From Minisyncoccia bacterium (GTDB lineage: Bacteria; Patescibacteriota; Minisyncoccia; Phycocordibacterales; UBA9973), in contig JBDHUR010000003.1 in assembly GCA_039809265.1 (NCBI GenBank), positions 15,274 through 79,273 of the forward strand: a DNA stretch of 64,000 nucleotides, in the 5' to 3' direction. The notes beneath the pieces are model-generated. The model was given only the letters and a program-made list of their open reading frames with translations. It made no database searches and was not told the origin of the DNA. The position numbers and the translations under genes are program-made. Shown one piece after another: positions 17,392-27,191 of this stretch; position 1 is the first letter of the stretch; every line of letters starts with the position of its first letter.

Positions 17392-18867
17392 ATGGATAAA
17401 AAAGTTCAAAAAATTATCAAAGAATATGCTACAAAAAACTCAAATTATTGGAGACGAGTAGCAAAAAAACAAAGAGATAAGACAGTTTTTCTTGCGCAAA
17501 AAGAAAGCTCTGCTTATCGTATAAAATATAAAAAATATCATATAGATAAAAATTTCTGTTTTGAAGATCTGCCTACTGTTGATAAAGCAAATTTTCTTAA
17601 AAAAAATACGATGAATCAACTGCTTTGTGGTGGCCTGAATCAACCTCTTGTTTTTACTTCAACTTCTGGTTCTACTGGTGAGCCATATTATTTTCCTCGC
17701 AAAGAAAACCTGGATTTGCAATATTCTATATTAGTTGAACAATTCTTAAAACAAGGAGAAAACAAAGGAAAGAAACCAGCTCTGGTTTTGATATGTTTTG
17801 GTATGGGAGTATGGATTGGTGGAATAATTACATATCAAGCATTTATGATGGCTTCTCGTCGTGGGAAGTATCCTGTCTCAATACTAACTCCAGGAATAAA
17901 TATGGAAGAAATTCTTAAAGCGTTAAGAAAACTTTCTCCTCAATTTTCTGAAACAATTATTATTGGATATCCTCCTTTTGTAAAAGATATAATTGATCAG
18001 GCTCTATTTAATAATATACCCATAAAACAATTAAATATCCGTTTAATGTTTGCAGCTGAAGTTTTTACAGAAGACTTCAGAGATTATTTAGTAAAAAAAG
18101 TTACAATAAACAATATTTATCGTGATACTCTCAGTGTGTACGGGAGCGCTGATGTCGCAGCTATGGCATGGGAAACAGGAATTTCTGTTTTAATTAAAAG
18201 ACTGTTAAAATCTAAACTAGAAATTTTTAAGTATTTCTTTGGGGAAACTCAAAAAATGCCTACAATTGCTCAATATAATCCTAATTTTATCTATTTTGAA
18301 TCACTTAATAATGAAATTCTTTTAACAGCTGAAAGCGCCATACCACTCGTCCGTTATGCAATAGGTGATAGAGGACGAACTTTCACATATAAAGAAATTG
18401 ATGATGGTTTACGTTTGTTTGGAGTCAATTTAACCAAAGAAGCAAAGAAGGTTGGAATATCGGACATCAATTATCAACTACCATTTGTTTGCATATTTGA
18501 GAGAAATGATTTTTCAACTACTATTTATGGATTACAAATATATCCAGAATTAATACGCGAAGCACTTTCTCAAGAAAAAGTAAGTAATATTCTTACTGGT
18601 AAATTTGTGTTCCAAACAAAATTTGATAAAAACCAAGATCAATATTTAGAAATTAATATTGAATGCGCTGTTAATGTGGATCCATCAACTATTGATGTTG
18701 GATTATTAACTCAGACTATTAGTTCTTTTCTTACAATAAAAAGTTCCGAATTTGCTGAATTAATTAAATACGTTAAAAATAGACCCCTGATACAAATAAT
18801 TCTTTGGACATATGGTCATGATAAGTATTTTAAATTAGGAATTAAACAGAAATGGGTGGTAAAATAA
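17392..18867 (+). CDS. adenylate-forming enzyme, phenylacetate-CoA ligase / coenzyme F390 synthetase (PaaK-like) family
   Basis: 491 aa; P-loop-like FTSTSGSTGEPYYF matching the (S/T)SG(S/T)TGxP motif of PaaK/F390-synthetase-type ANL enzymes. Starts 2 nt after the previous stop. Confidence 0.65.
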   Translation: MDKKVQKIIKEYATKNSNYWRRVAKKQRDKTVFLAQKESSAYRIKYKKYHIDKNFCFEDLPTVDKANFLKKNTMNQLLCGGLNQPLVFTSTSGSTGEPYYFPRKENLDLQYSILVEQFLKQGENKGKKPALVLICFGMGVWIGGIITYQAFMMASRRGKYPVSILTPGINMEEILKALRKLSPQFSETIIIGYPPFVKDIIDQALFNNIPIKQLNIRLMFAAEVFTEDFRDYLVKKVTINNIYRDTLSVYGSADVAAMAWETGISVLIKRLLKSKLEIFKYFFGETQKMPTIAQYNPNFIYFESLNNEILLTAESAIPLVRYAIGDRGRTFTYKEIDDGLRLFGVNLTKEAKKVGISDINYQLPFVCIFERNDFSTTIYGLQIYPELIREALSQEKVSNILTGKFVFQTKFDKNQDQYLEINIECAVNVDPSTIDVGLLTQTISSFLTIKSSEFAELIKYVKNRPLIQIILWTYGHDKYFKLGIKQKWVVK

Positions 18868-18871
18868 GATT

Positions 18872-19933
18872 ATGGAAAATGATTTTATTTTAAAAATTGT
18901 TTCTGCTGGAGGCATGGCTCCGTCTGGAGATAATATGCAGCCATGGAAGACAACATGGGATGGAGAGACGCTCCGTTTGTATTTAGAAAAAAAAGCAGAT
19001 ACTTCTGTTTATAACACAGATGAATGTGGATCTTATATTGCATGTGGCGCTTTTATTGAAAACGTTAGATTGATGGCAGCGTCATTGGGGTATGCAGCAA
19101 ATATTTCTTTTTTTCCTAATACAACAACAGATCCATTTTATATTGCAAATATTATTTTTATTAAAAATACACCTACTGAATTAGAAACTGCTTCTTTTAT
19201 CAACAAAAGACATTCAAACAGAAAAAAATATTTCAAAAAAGAAATACCATCGGAATTAATCTCTATCTTTAATTTAATTGATCCATCTGTTAAAATTATT
19301 ACAGATAAATTTTTAAGAAATACTATCTTTGATATAGCTAGTTTAAATGAATATTTTATCCTACATAATAATCATGTTAGAAATGGTCTTATGAAGACTA
19401 TTCGTTGGAGCTCAAATGAAGAAGAAATTAGTCGTACTGGTTTATTTTTTAAAACACTTGAACTTAATTTAGGTCAATTATTTTTCTTTCGGAGATTTAC
19501 CAAACCTTTTTTTGTTAAAATCTTAAATTTTTTAGGTTTTCCAAAAATTTTACAAAAATCTGCAAAAAATCTATATTCAACATCATCAGCTGTAGGAGCT
19601 ATCACAATTAAAAGTATGAGCCCCCAAGATTTAGTATCTGCAGGTATTGTTATAGAAAAGATTTGGCTTATAGCAACAGAAAAAGGATTAGCTTTCCAGC
19701 CGATAACTGGTATTCCTTATTTGATTTCTGCGATGAATAAAAATTCAAAAATATTTTCTATAAATGAACAAAAATTATTAAAAGATGCTGATTTTTCTTT
19801 AAGGAAAATATTTAAGCTGCCTCCATTAGATCAATTTGGTATGATATTTAGATTAGGTTATGCTAATAAAGCAAGCGCTATTTCTAAAAGGAAATCCATT
19901 CATTCATTTCATGAATTTATAAATAATCTATGA
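18872..19933 (+). CDS. tandem nitroreductase-fold flavoprotein (SagB/McbC-like dehydrogenase or double nitroreductase)
   Basis: 353 aa; N-terminal APSGDNMQPW nitroreductase FMN-site motif. A second RHSNRKY start-of-domain motif at about residue 113. Confidence 0.65.
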   Translation: MENDFILKIVSAGGMAPSGDNMQPWKTTWDGETLRLYLEKKADTSVYNTDECGSYIACGAFIENVRLMAASLGYAANISFFPNTTTDPFYIANIIFIKNTPTELETASFINKRHSNRKKYFKKEIPSELISIFNLIDPSVKIITDKFLRNTIFDIASLNEYFILHNNHVRNGLMKTIRWSSNEEEISRTGLFFKTLELNLGQLFFFRRFTKPFFVKILNFLGFPKILQKSAKNLYSTSSAVGAITIKSMSPQDLVSAGIVIEKIWLIATEKGLAFQPITGIPYLISAMNKNSKIFSINEQKLLKDADFSLRKIFKLPPLDQFGMIFRLGYANKASAISKRKSIHSFHEFINNL

Positions 19934-21567
19934 TTTTTAATCTCGAAATTAACATATCTTTAGTCATCGTTGGTTTAGCAATCGCAATCAGTTTGATACT
20001 TGGTGCTATTGTTTTTTTAAGCAATATTCGGAGCTATACAAACATTGCATTCGCTATCTTTTCTATTCTATCTATTTCCTGGAATGTATTAAATTTTCTT
20101 TTTTATCAACCACATGATAGTACTGCTGTAGCCTTATTACTACTCCGTCTTCAGGTTTTTTTTGCTATCTGGTATTGTTTCGCATTACTGATTCTTTTTT
20201 ATATATTTCCAAAAGAAAAGACTGATATAAAAAAATGGTATAAATTTGGAATATTGCCATTGACTATTATTGTTTCATTTATGACTCTTACACCACTTGT
20301 ATTTAAACAAGTAACAAAACTAGATAGTTTGGGTAGAGTTGCTAGTGTTGAAAATAATTGGGGCGTTATAATTTTTGGAATAACTGTAACTACCATATTA
20401 GGCATAGCTTTTGTTAATCTGGTTAATAAATTCCAAAAATCTTATAAAGAAGAAAAGAAAAAATTAAGTCTGATACTAATAGGAGCAACAACAACTTTTA
20501 TTTTTCATATTATATTTAATATGATATTGCCTAGTTTTTTTGAAATAAGTAAATTTACTGAATTCGGAGCACTTTTTACTTTACCATTTAGTGCGTTAAC
20601 AGCATACGCAATCATAAAATTTAAATTATTTAATGTAAAAGTTGTTTCTGCTGAGTTGTTGGCTTTTATCTTATGGATTTTTATTTTCATTAGAATTTTG
20701 ATAGCAGAAAATCTAAGAGAACAATTCATAAATAGTATTATGTTTGTAGTTGTTGTTATTGTTGGAATTTTCCTTATCCGTTCTGTTTTAAGAGAGGTTG
20801 ATCAACGTGAAAAACTTGCAAAACTAGCAAACGAGCTTGAAACATCTAATGAAAAACTAAAATCTTTAGATACATTAAAAACAGAATTTTTATCATTAGC
20901 ATCTCATCAGTTACGAAGTCCGTTGACCGCAATAAAAGGTTACTCTTCCATGCTTCTAGAGGGCTCTTATGGGGTTTTGGCAGATACTACCCAGCGTGAG
21001 GCGATAGAAAGGATATTCCAATCCAGTACAGCTTTAGCAAAAACTGTAGAAGATTTCTTAAACGTTTCCAAGATAGAACAGGGTGGGATGAAATATGAAT
21101 TTGATGAAATAGATATATCTAAACTTGCAGAAGAGATAGTAAACGAATTGTTAGTATCAGCAGAGTCAAGAGGATTGAAGCTTACTTTCAGTACTATAGA
21201 CAAGGGCCCTTATATTGCTAGAGTTGATGCAAACAAGATACGCCAAGTGTTACTGAACTTTATAGACAACGGCATAAAATATACAAAAGAAGGTTTTGTA
21301 AGCGTGCGTGTAGGTAGAGATAGTGATAGTAAAAAAATAATTTTCTCAGTGGAAGACTCTGGTATGGGCATGACTCCAGAAATAAAATCACAACTTTTCC
21401 AAAAATTTTCTAGAGGTAATGGTGCGAGAATGAATACCGGTGGATCAGGATTAGGGCTTTATCTTGCAAAAGAAATAGTGAGGGCACACAATGGTACTGT
21501 AAATGTAAGCTCTCCTGGGCTTGGCAAAGGATCTACTTTTTATGTGACTCTACCAGCTTTAGGGTAG
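19930..21567 (+). CDS. polytopic membrane sensor histidine kinase (no periplasmic domain; HisKA plus HATPase_c)
   Basis: 545 aa; about 8 TM helices. H-box LASHQLRSPLTAIKGY; N, G1 and G2 boxes (DNGIKY, EDSGMGM, GGSGLGLYLAKEIV). ATGA overlap with the upstream gene. Confidence 0.8.
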   Translation: MIFNLEINISLVIVGLAIAISLILGAIVFLSNIRSYTNIAFAIFSILSISWNVLNFLFYQPHDSTAVALLLLRLQVFFAIWYCFALLILFYIFPKEKTDIKKWYKFGILPLTIIVSFMTLTPLVFKQVTKLDSLGRVASVENNWGVIIFGITVTTILGIAFVNLVNKFQKSYKEEKKKLSLILIGATTTFIFHIIFNMILPSFFEISKFTEFGALFTLPFSALTAYAIIKFKLFNVKVVSAELLAFILWIFIFIRILIAENLREQFINSIMFVVVVIVGIFLIRSVLREVDQREKLAKLANELETSNEKLKSLDTLKTEFLSLASHQLRSPLTAIKGYSSMLLEGSYGVLADTTQREAIERIFQSSTALAKTVEDFLNVSKIEQGGMKYEFDEIDISKLAEEIVNELLVSAESRGLKLTFSTIDKGPYIARVDANKIRQVLLNFIDNGIKYTKEGFVSVRVGRDSDSKKIIFSVEDSGMGMTPEIKSQLFQKFSRGNGARMNTGGSGLGLYLAKEIVRAHNGTVNVSSPGLGKGSTFYVTLPALG

Positions 21568-21578
21568 AGATGCGTATA

Positions 21579-22976
21579 TTATTTTTTAAAAATCGTTGTT
21601 CCTGTATCTCCATCAGATACTTCATAACCAAGGCTAGAAAGCGAGTCGCGAAGGCGATCACTTTCTAGCCAGTTTTTATCTTTGCGGGCTTGATCGCGAG
21701 CAGAAACCAAGTTTGCTATTTCTTGCGGCAAGGGTTCATTTTTTTGTTTTCCCAATTCAAGCCCGAGTACTTTGTCTATTCCAAGAAGTGTGGCTTTCTT
21801 CACCTCGTCTGGAATATCCATATCCTTTAAAAGCTCCCAGACCACAGCCAGGGCTTGCGGCATATTTAGGTCGTTGTTTATTGCCTTTCCAAACCTGTCA
21901 ATGTATCCTTTGTCAGCTTCACCGATATCTTCTCCAAGTTCTATGTAGTGTCTGTATAGCTTGTGCAATGCGCTTGCTGCAGCATCCAAAGATTCCCAGG
22001 TAAAGTTTAGCGGAGATCTATAATGTCCTGTGAGGTAGAAATACCGAAGTGCTAGCGGGCTATATCCTTTGCTCTCTATGTCGTGCAGGTTATAGGCATT
22101 GCCGAGGCTTTTACCCATCTTTCCTCCGTCTACTTGAAGAAATGCTCCGTGCAGCCAATATTTTACAAACGGAGCTTTGCCTGTAGCGCCTTGAGCTTGG
22201 GCTATCTCGTTTGGATGGTGAGTACTTTTCAAATCCTCCCCACCTATGTGCAGGTCAAACTGCTGGCCCAAGTACTTCATGCTCATAGCTGAGCATTCGA
22301 TATGCCATCCAGGAAAGCCAACACCCCAAGGCGAATCCCACTCCATATCGCGTTTTTCTTCTTTTGGAGAAAACTTCCATAAAGCGAAGTCACGCGCATT
22401 CCTTTTTTCTTTGTTAAACTCTACTCGTGCTCCAGCCTTTATATCTTTCAAGTTGGAAAGTTCCCCATATGTAAAGCCAGATTTTTCGTATGCAGCGGTG
22501 TCAAAATAAATACCGTCATTTATTTTGTAAGTCAATCCATTTTGTTCAAGCTTTTCCACCAAGTCTATCTGCTCAGCAATGTATTCAGTTGCTTTTGTGA
22601 ATTTCTCCGGTTTTGTCAGGTTGAGTTTTACGTAGCCGGCCTGAAAGTCGTCTCCGTAAAATCTTGCCACATCCCAAGCTGTCTTGCCTTCGCGTTTTTT
22701 AGCTTTTTCCATCCTATCTACACCAGTATCAGCATCGCCTTCGTTATCTCCAGTCAGATGTCCCACGTCCGTTATGTTCATAATGTAGGTCGGCTCAAAT
22801 CCATTCCATATAAGTACTCTATTTACAATATCACCCAGAGTATATGTTCGCCAGTTACCAACTGTCACATAGTCGTAAACTGTCGGGCCACATGTGTATA
22901 TGCCGACTTTTTTATTGCTTTGTATTGGCCGAAATTCTTCTTCTTTTTTAGACAAACTGTTGTATATGGTAAGCAT
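21579..22976 (-). CDS. cysS: cysteinyl-tRNA synthetase
   Basis: Start trimmed to an internal Met (MLTIYNS...) to remove overlap with the upstream gene. CGPTVYD, KMGKSLGN (KMSKS) motifs. Confidence 0.9.
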   Translation of the reverse strand: MLTIYNSLSKKEEEFRPIQSNKKVGIYTCGPTVYDYVTVGNWRTYTLGDIVNRVLIWNGFEPTYIMNITDVGHLTGDNEGDADTGVDRMEKAKKREGKTAWDVARFYGDDFQAGYVKLNLTKPEKFTKATEYIAEQIDLVEKLEQNGLTYKINDGIYFDTAAYEKSGFTYGELSNLKDIKAGARVEFNKEKRNARDFALWKFSPKEEKRDMEWDSPWGVGFPGWHIECSAMSMKYLGQQFDLHIGGEDLKSTHHPNEIAQAQGATGKAPFVKYWLHGAFLQVDGGKMGKSLGNAYNLHDIESKGYSPLALRYFYLTGHYRSPLNFTWESLDAAASALHKLYRHYIELGEDIGEADKGYIDRFGKAINNDLNMPQALAVVWELLKDMDIPDEVKKATLLGIDKVLGLELGKQKNEPLPQEIANLVSARDQARKDKNWLESDRLRDSLSSLGYEVSDGDTGTTIFKK

Positions 22977-22978
22977 GA

Positions 22979-23539
22979 TTAAAATATAATTATAATTGCA
23001 AAAATAATAATGAGACCTACGCAGGCTGCAAGCCAAGGATTTACAGGGTCTTTTTTGCCATGTATTTTCTGTTCAGTTGCTCTCAAAGCTTTATATTCCT
23101 CGTATTCCTTCAGCTCTTTGTGGGAATGTTTTGCTATTTCTTCCAAAATAAGTTTGTACACATAGTCTGCATTTTCGGAAGCCGGATTTGAAAGGCTTTT
23201 GTTTTCGGACTCCAGCAAATATCGAGCGTTGTCTAGAAATGCAAGTGCTGCATCGTGCATAGTGGCTATCTGGTTGTCAAAACGTACGAAGCGGAATGGC
23301 GCGTGCATCACTTTGCCTGTCTCTCTGTCCCATAGGGGCAAGGGAAGTGTGTGAGCAGAAATGCCATACTGCTTGGAAATAGTAGGTTTTGAATGAAGCA
23401 AGAAAAACTCTTTTATGTCAACAGGAGGTAGTTCTTCTGCTACGAAGGTAAGCTCTTCCTCTGTCGGAGCTTCCAAGTCTGTCCAGACTAGAGTTTTGTA
23501 GCGATATGTGGATATCATCAAAGCAATTATAGCCCGCAA
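22979..23539 (-). CDS. hypothetical C-terminally membrane-anchored protein
   Basis: 186 aa ORF ending in the hydrophobic LAACVGLIIIFAIIIIF. Immediately upstream of cysS on the same strand. Confidence 0.4.
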   Translation of the reverse strand: MRAIIALMISTYRYKTLVWTDLEAPTEEELTFVAEELPPVDIKEFFLLHSKPTISKQYGISAHTLPLPLWDRETGKVMHAPFRFVRFDNQIATMHDAALAFLDNARYLLESENKSLSNPASENADYVYKLILEEIAKHSHKELKEYEEYKALRATEQKIHGKKDPVNPWLAACVGLIIIFAIIIIF

Positions 23540-23569
23540 AAAGCCCTATTTCAAGGCATAAAATGTTTA

Positions 23570-23598
23570 TTGACTTTTATAAGTCTCTCTGCTAATAT
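23570..23598 (+). promoter_or_regulatory. sigma70-like promoter for rplU (TTGACT-17-TAATAT), apparently leaderless
   Basis: -35 TTGACT at 23570-23575, -10 TAATAT at 23593-23598, rplU ATG at 23608. Confidence 0.5.
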
Positions 23599-23607
23599 GT
23601 ATGGACT

Positions 23608-23925
23608 ATGGAATTTGCAGTTATACAAACAGGTGGGAAGCAGTACCAAGTTTCCGCTGGAGACAAGATAAAAGTAGAGAAGCTTGGAGACGACTTGAAG
23701 GCCGGCGACAAGATTGTGTTTGACAAGGTTTTGTTGGTAGACAACGGCAAGGACACTACTATCGGCACTCCGTACATAGACGGAGCAAAGGTTGAAGCAA
23801 CTTTTGAAAAAGCTGGCCGTCATAGCAAGGTTATGGTGGTAAAGTACAAGCAGAAAAGCAGGTACCTAAAGCGCAACGGCCACCGCCAGCCGTACTCTGA
23901 AGTCAAGATAATTTCTATAAAATAA
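23608..23925 (+). CDS. rplU: 50S ribosomal protein L21
   Basis: 105 aa; MEFAVIQTGGKQYQVSAGDKI. Confidence 0.9.
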   Translation: MEFAVIQTGGKQYQVSAGDKIKVEKLGDDLKAGDKIVFDKVLLVDNGKDTTIGTPYIDGAKVEATFEKAGRHSKVMVVKYKQKSRYLKRNGHRQPYSEVKIISIK

Positions 23926-23946
23926 AACCCCCTCCTGGGGGTTTTA
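23922..23946. terminator. bidirectional terminator between rplU and recR
   Basis: aaaaccccc-tcct-gggggtttt. Confidence 0.6.
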
Positions 23947-24561
23947 TTATTGCCGGTTCTTCAGGGCATTTTTGAGTGTGTCTTGGTCGGAGTATTCAAG
24001 CTCTGTACCCGTAGAAAGTCCGCGCCCAAGACTGGAAATTTTTATATTTTTTTCTTCCGCAATTTTTGTCAATCTTTCCCGCACATGCATGTCAGTATGA
24101 TCACCGTTTGGGTTCAACGAAAATGCTAATATGATCTCTTTTAAATTTCCAGCTTTTGCATCCTCCTCGGCCCTGCGCACAAGTTCGTTGGTGCGAACAC
24201 GAAGTGGTGTGTCTTTCTCTACCACACTCACAAGGCCGCCAAGCACAAAGTATAGGCCCTTATAAACAGAACTTTTTTCCACAGAATCTATGTCAGTGTC
24301 TTTCTCTACCACCATGAGCAGAGATTTGTCCCTGGAAGTGTTACTGCATATACTGCACGTATCAGCATCATTTTTTTTGAAAAAACGGAAGCATTTTTTG
24401 CAGCGCACCACACTTTTCTTTATACTATTTATAGCGCCAGCCAGGTCACCAACGTAGTTTGGATCAGCTGAAAGCAAAAAATAAACAAAACGCTTGGCTT
24501 GCCGTTCGCCTATTCCTGGGAACTGCGCAAAGTAGCGCGCTAGTTTTGCTAAGTCGTCCAT
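23947..24561 (-). CDS. recR: recombination protein RecR
   Basis: 204 aa; HhH (FPGIGERQA), C4 zinc finger CxxC...CxxC, Toprim domain. Confidence 0.9.
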   Translation of the reverse strand: MDDLAKLARYFAQFPGIGERQAKRFVYFLLSADPNYVGDLAGAINSIKKSVVRCKKCFRFFKKNDADTCSICSNTSRDKSLLMVVEKDTDIDSVEKSSVYKGLYFVLGGLVSVVEKDTPLRVRTNELVRRAEEDAKAGNLKEIILAFSLNPNGDHTDMHVRERLTKIAEEKNIKISSLGRGLSTGTELEYSDQDTLKNALKNRQ

Positions 24562-24564
24562 AAA

Positions 24565-25959
24565 TTAAAAATCGTTGAATGTTACTTGTCCTCCGCTTTG
24601 ACTCGCACTGAAGCCTTGGTCGTTCTTTTCTATGGAAAGAAAAGAGGTGGTTTTCTCGTCAAAGTAAAGTTCCACTTTGCCCACAGGGCCATTTCTGTGT
24701 TTTTCTATTAAAATCTCTGCCACATTTGGTTTCTCAGAATTGTCATTGTATTTATCTTCTCTGTGGATAAACATTACTACGTCTGCATCTTGTTCTATGG
24801 ATCCAGAGTCACGCAGGTCGGACAAGCGAGGCTTGCCGCCGCGGGATTCTACAGCACGAGATAGCTGGGAGAGCGCTAGCACCGGTACATCCAGCTCACG
24901 CGCCAAACCTTTGAGTGATCTGGATATTTCAGTAACTTGGTTCACCATAGAATCATAATTTTTACTTGTGGTCATAAGCTGCAGATAGTCCACGACTATT
25001 AGACCGAGGCCGTACTCGCTTTTCAGGCGTCTTGCGGCAGCGCGCATTTTTGATATAGAGTTTCCAGCTTGGTCGTCTATGTATATTGGTGCTTTGGCAA
25101 GCTTATCCAGCGAATCGCGTATGCGGGAAAATTCTTGATCTGTAGAGAGTCTGCCAGTGCGCAAGTTCCAAGCATTTACTTTGGATTCTGCTGAAAGTAG
25201 TCTTGTGGCAAGTTGTTGCGCACTCATCTCCAAAGAGAAGATGCCTACAGGTACGTTGTGTGTTGTGGCCACATTTCTGGCAATATCCAAAGCCAAAGTA
25301 GTCTTACCCATAGATGGCCGCGCCGCAAGTATTATAAGGTCTGATTTCTGAAATCCGGCAAGCATATTGTCCAAGTCTCTGTATCCTGTCGGTATGCCGC
25401 GAAGATCAGACTTGGATTCGTGCAGTTTTTCCAACTCTTCCCAAGTTTCAGAAAGAGTTTTTTTCAGCGTGGTAAACTTCTGGGTCTTTGGGTTTGAAGT
25501 TATCCCAAAAAGTTTTTTCTCGGCAGTGTCCAGTACTATGTCCAGCTCTTCATCGTTGCCGCCAAATGCTAGCTCGGCTATGTAGTCTGACGCGTCTATC
25601 AAGCTGCGCAGTGTGTGCTTTCTGTGCACTATTTCCGCATAATGTTTAGCATTTGTAGAGGACGGAACCATATTTACAAGCTCCGTTAGATATGTACGTC
25701 CGCCGACTTGTTCTAGCTGGCCTTTTTCATCTAGCTTGTTAGAAAGGGAAAGCAGGTCTATCGGCTCGTTTTTAGTAGAAAGCTCCAGCATAGACTGGTA
25801 GATGATCCTGTGTTTATCTGCATAAAAAACATCTGGCGAGATAGTATCTGAAATGTCAAAAAGTGCGCTTGGCCGCAGCATAACAGAGCCAAGTACCGCC
25901 TTCTCTGACTCCAAGCTCTGCGGCGGTATGCGTATATCACTTTTCCTTGTAGTAGCCAT
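24565..25959 (-). CDS. dnaB: replicative DNA helicase DnaB
   Basis: Start trimmed to MATTRKSD. Walker A ARPSMGKT, RecA-like C-domain. N-terminal PPQSLESEKAVLG. Confidence 0.9.
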   Translation of the reverse strand: MATTRKSDIRIPPQSLESEKAVLGSVMLRPSALFDISDTISPDVFYADKHRIIYQSMLELSTKNEPIDLLSLSNKLDEKGQLEQVGGRTYLTELVNMVPSSTNAKHYAEIVHRKHTLRSLIDASDYIAELAFGGNDEELDIVLDTAEKKLFGITSNPKTQKFTTLKKTLSETWEELEKLHESKSDLRGIPTGYRDLDNMLAGFQKSDLIILAARPSMGKTTLALDIARNVATTHNVPVGIFSLEMSAQQLATRLLSAESKVNAWNLRTGRLSTDQEFSRIRDSLDKLAKAPIYIDDQAGNSISKMRAAARRLKSEYGLGLIVVDYLQLMTTSKNYDSMVNQVTEISRSLKGLARELDVPVLALSQLSRAVESRGGKPRLSDLRDSGSIEQDADVVMFIHREDKYNDNSEKPNVAEILIEKHRNGPVGKVELYFDEKTTSFLSIEKNDQGFSASQSGGQVTFNDF

Positions 25960-26069
25960 AACTTGCTGGATTGTATCACATTGGCAGCCGCGCTTAAAAT
26001 TGCTTTCTGTATAAATGTGTGACAAACGTGTGGATTTTATAAAAACCTAAAAAGTGGTAGAATACGCAA

Positions 26070-27125
26070 ATGGAGAAGAAAATAAAAACAGTACTGACAG
26101 GAGACAGGCCTACAGGCAGGCTTCACCTAGGACACTTTGTCGGGTCTATACAAAATCGCTTGAAGCTGCAAGACGAGGCAGAGAAATCTTTTTATATGAT
26201 AGCCGATGTCCAAGCATTGACAGACAATGCCGACAATCCAGAGAAAGTTAGAAGTAATGTTCTGGAAATCGCAATGGACAACTTGGCTTGCGGACTTGAT
26301 CCAGAAAAAACAACTTTCTTCATACAATCGGGAATCCCAGAGATTGCGGAGCTGACGGTTTTCTTCATGAACTTAGTGACTTTGCAGCAACTCTCACATA
26401 ACCCGACTATAAAGTCTGAATCAGCAGAAAAAGGCTTCAGCCTTGCAACTAAGCTTTTGGACAACGAGGGCGATGAAAACAGCAAGGGCGTCCCTCTCGG
26501 CTTCTTGGCTTACCCAGTTTCTCAGTCAGCAGATATACTTGCCTTCAAGGCTACTACTGTACCTGTCGGCATAGATCAGATGCCTGTTATAGAGCAGGCG
26601 AATGATATCGCAAAAAAGTTTAACGCTATATACGACACAGGAATTTTTGAAAAGATAGAAGGTGTGGTTGGGTCTATCCCGCGCCTAGTTGGCACAGACG
26701 GCAATGCCAAGATGTCCAAATCCTTGGGCAACTGTATTTATCTTTCTTCATCAGACAAAGAGATAGAGGAGCAAGTTATGAGTATGTATACCGACCCAAA
26801 CCATTTGCGAGTGGAAGACAAAGGGAAAGTAGAAGGTAATGTTGTATTTACATATCTAGATATTTTTGACCCAAATGTAGATGAAGTGGCTGAACTTAAA
26901 AAACAATATGAAAATGGCGGTCTTGGAGATGTAGTAATAAAGAAGCGTTTGATAAAGATACTGCAGGAACTTATCGTGCCAATCCGAACACGAAGAGAAG
27001 AACTGGCAAAAAATCCAGAGGAAGTACTGCAAATACTAAAAGATGGCACAGAAAGAGCCAGAAAAACAGCTATGGAAACACTAGCGGAAGTTAAAAAAGC
27101 TTTAAAAATAAACTATTTTGGATAG
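26070..27125 (+). CDS. trpS: tryptophanyl-tRNA synthetase
   Basis: 351 aa; TGDRPTGRLHLGHFVG (HIGH), KMSKS. Confidence 0.9.
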   Translation: MEKKIKTVLTGDRPTGRLHLGHFVGSIQNRLKLQDEAEKSFYMIADVQALTDNADNPEKVRSNVLEIAMDNLACGLDPEKTTFFIQSGIPEIAELTVFFMNLVTLQQLSHNPTIKSESAEKGFSLATKLLDNEGDENSKGVPLGFLAYPVSQSADILAFKATTVPVGIDQMPVIEQANDIAKKFNAIYDTGIFEKIEGVVGSIPRLVGTDGNAKMSKSLGNCIYLSSSDKEIEEQVMSMYTDPNHLRVEDKGKVEGNVVFTYLDIFDPNVDEVAELKKQYENGGLGDVVIKKRLIKILQELIVPIRTRREELAKNPEEVLQILKDGTERARKTAMETLAEVKKALKINYFG

Positions 27126-27133
27126 TTTATTGC

Positions 27134-27162
27134 TTGATTTTATAAATAAACTGTGTTATAAT
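27134..27162 (+). promoter_or_regulatory. promoter with extended -10 (TTGATT-17-TGtTATAAT) upstream of the ABC exporter gene
   Basis: -35 TTGATT at 27134-27139, TGtTATAAT at 27154-27162. Confidence 0.4.
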
Positions 27163-27191
27163 GCACCTAAACAACTTAATAAATAAATAAA

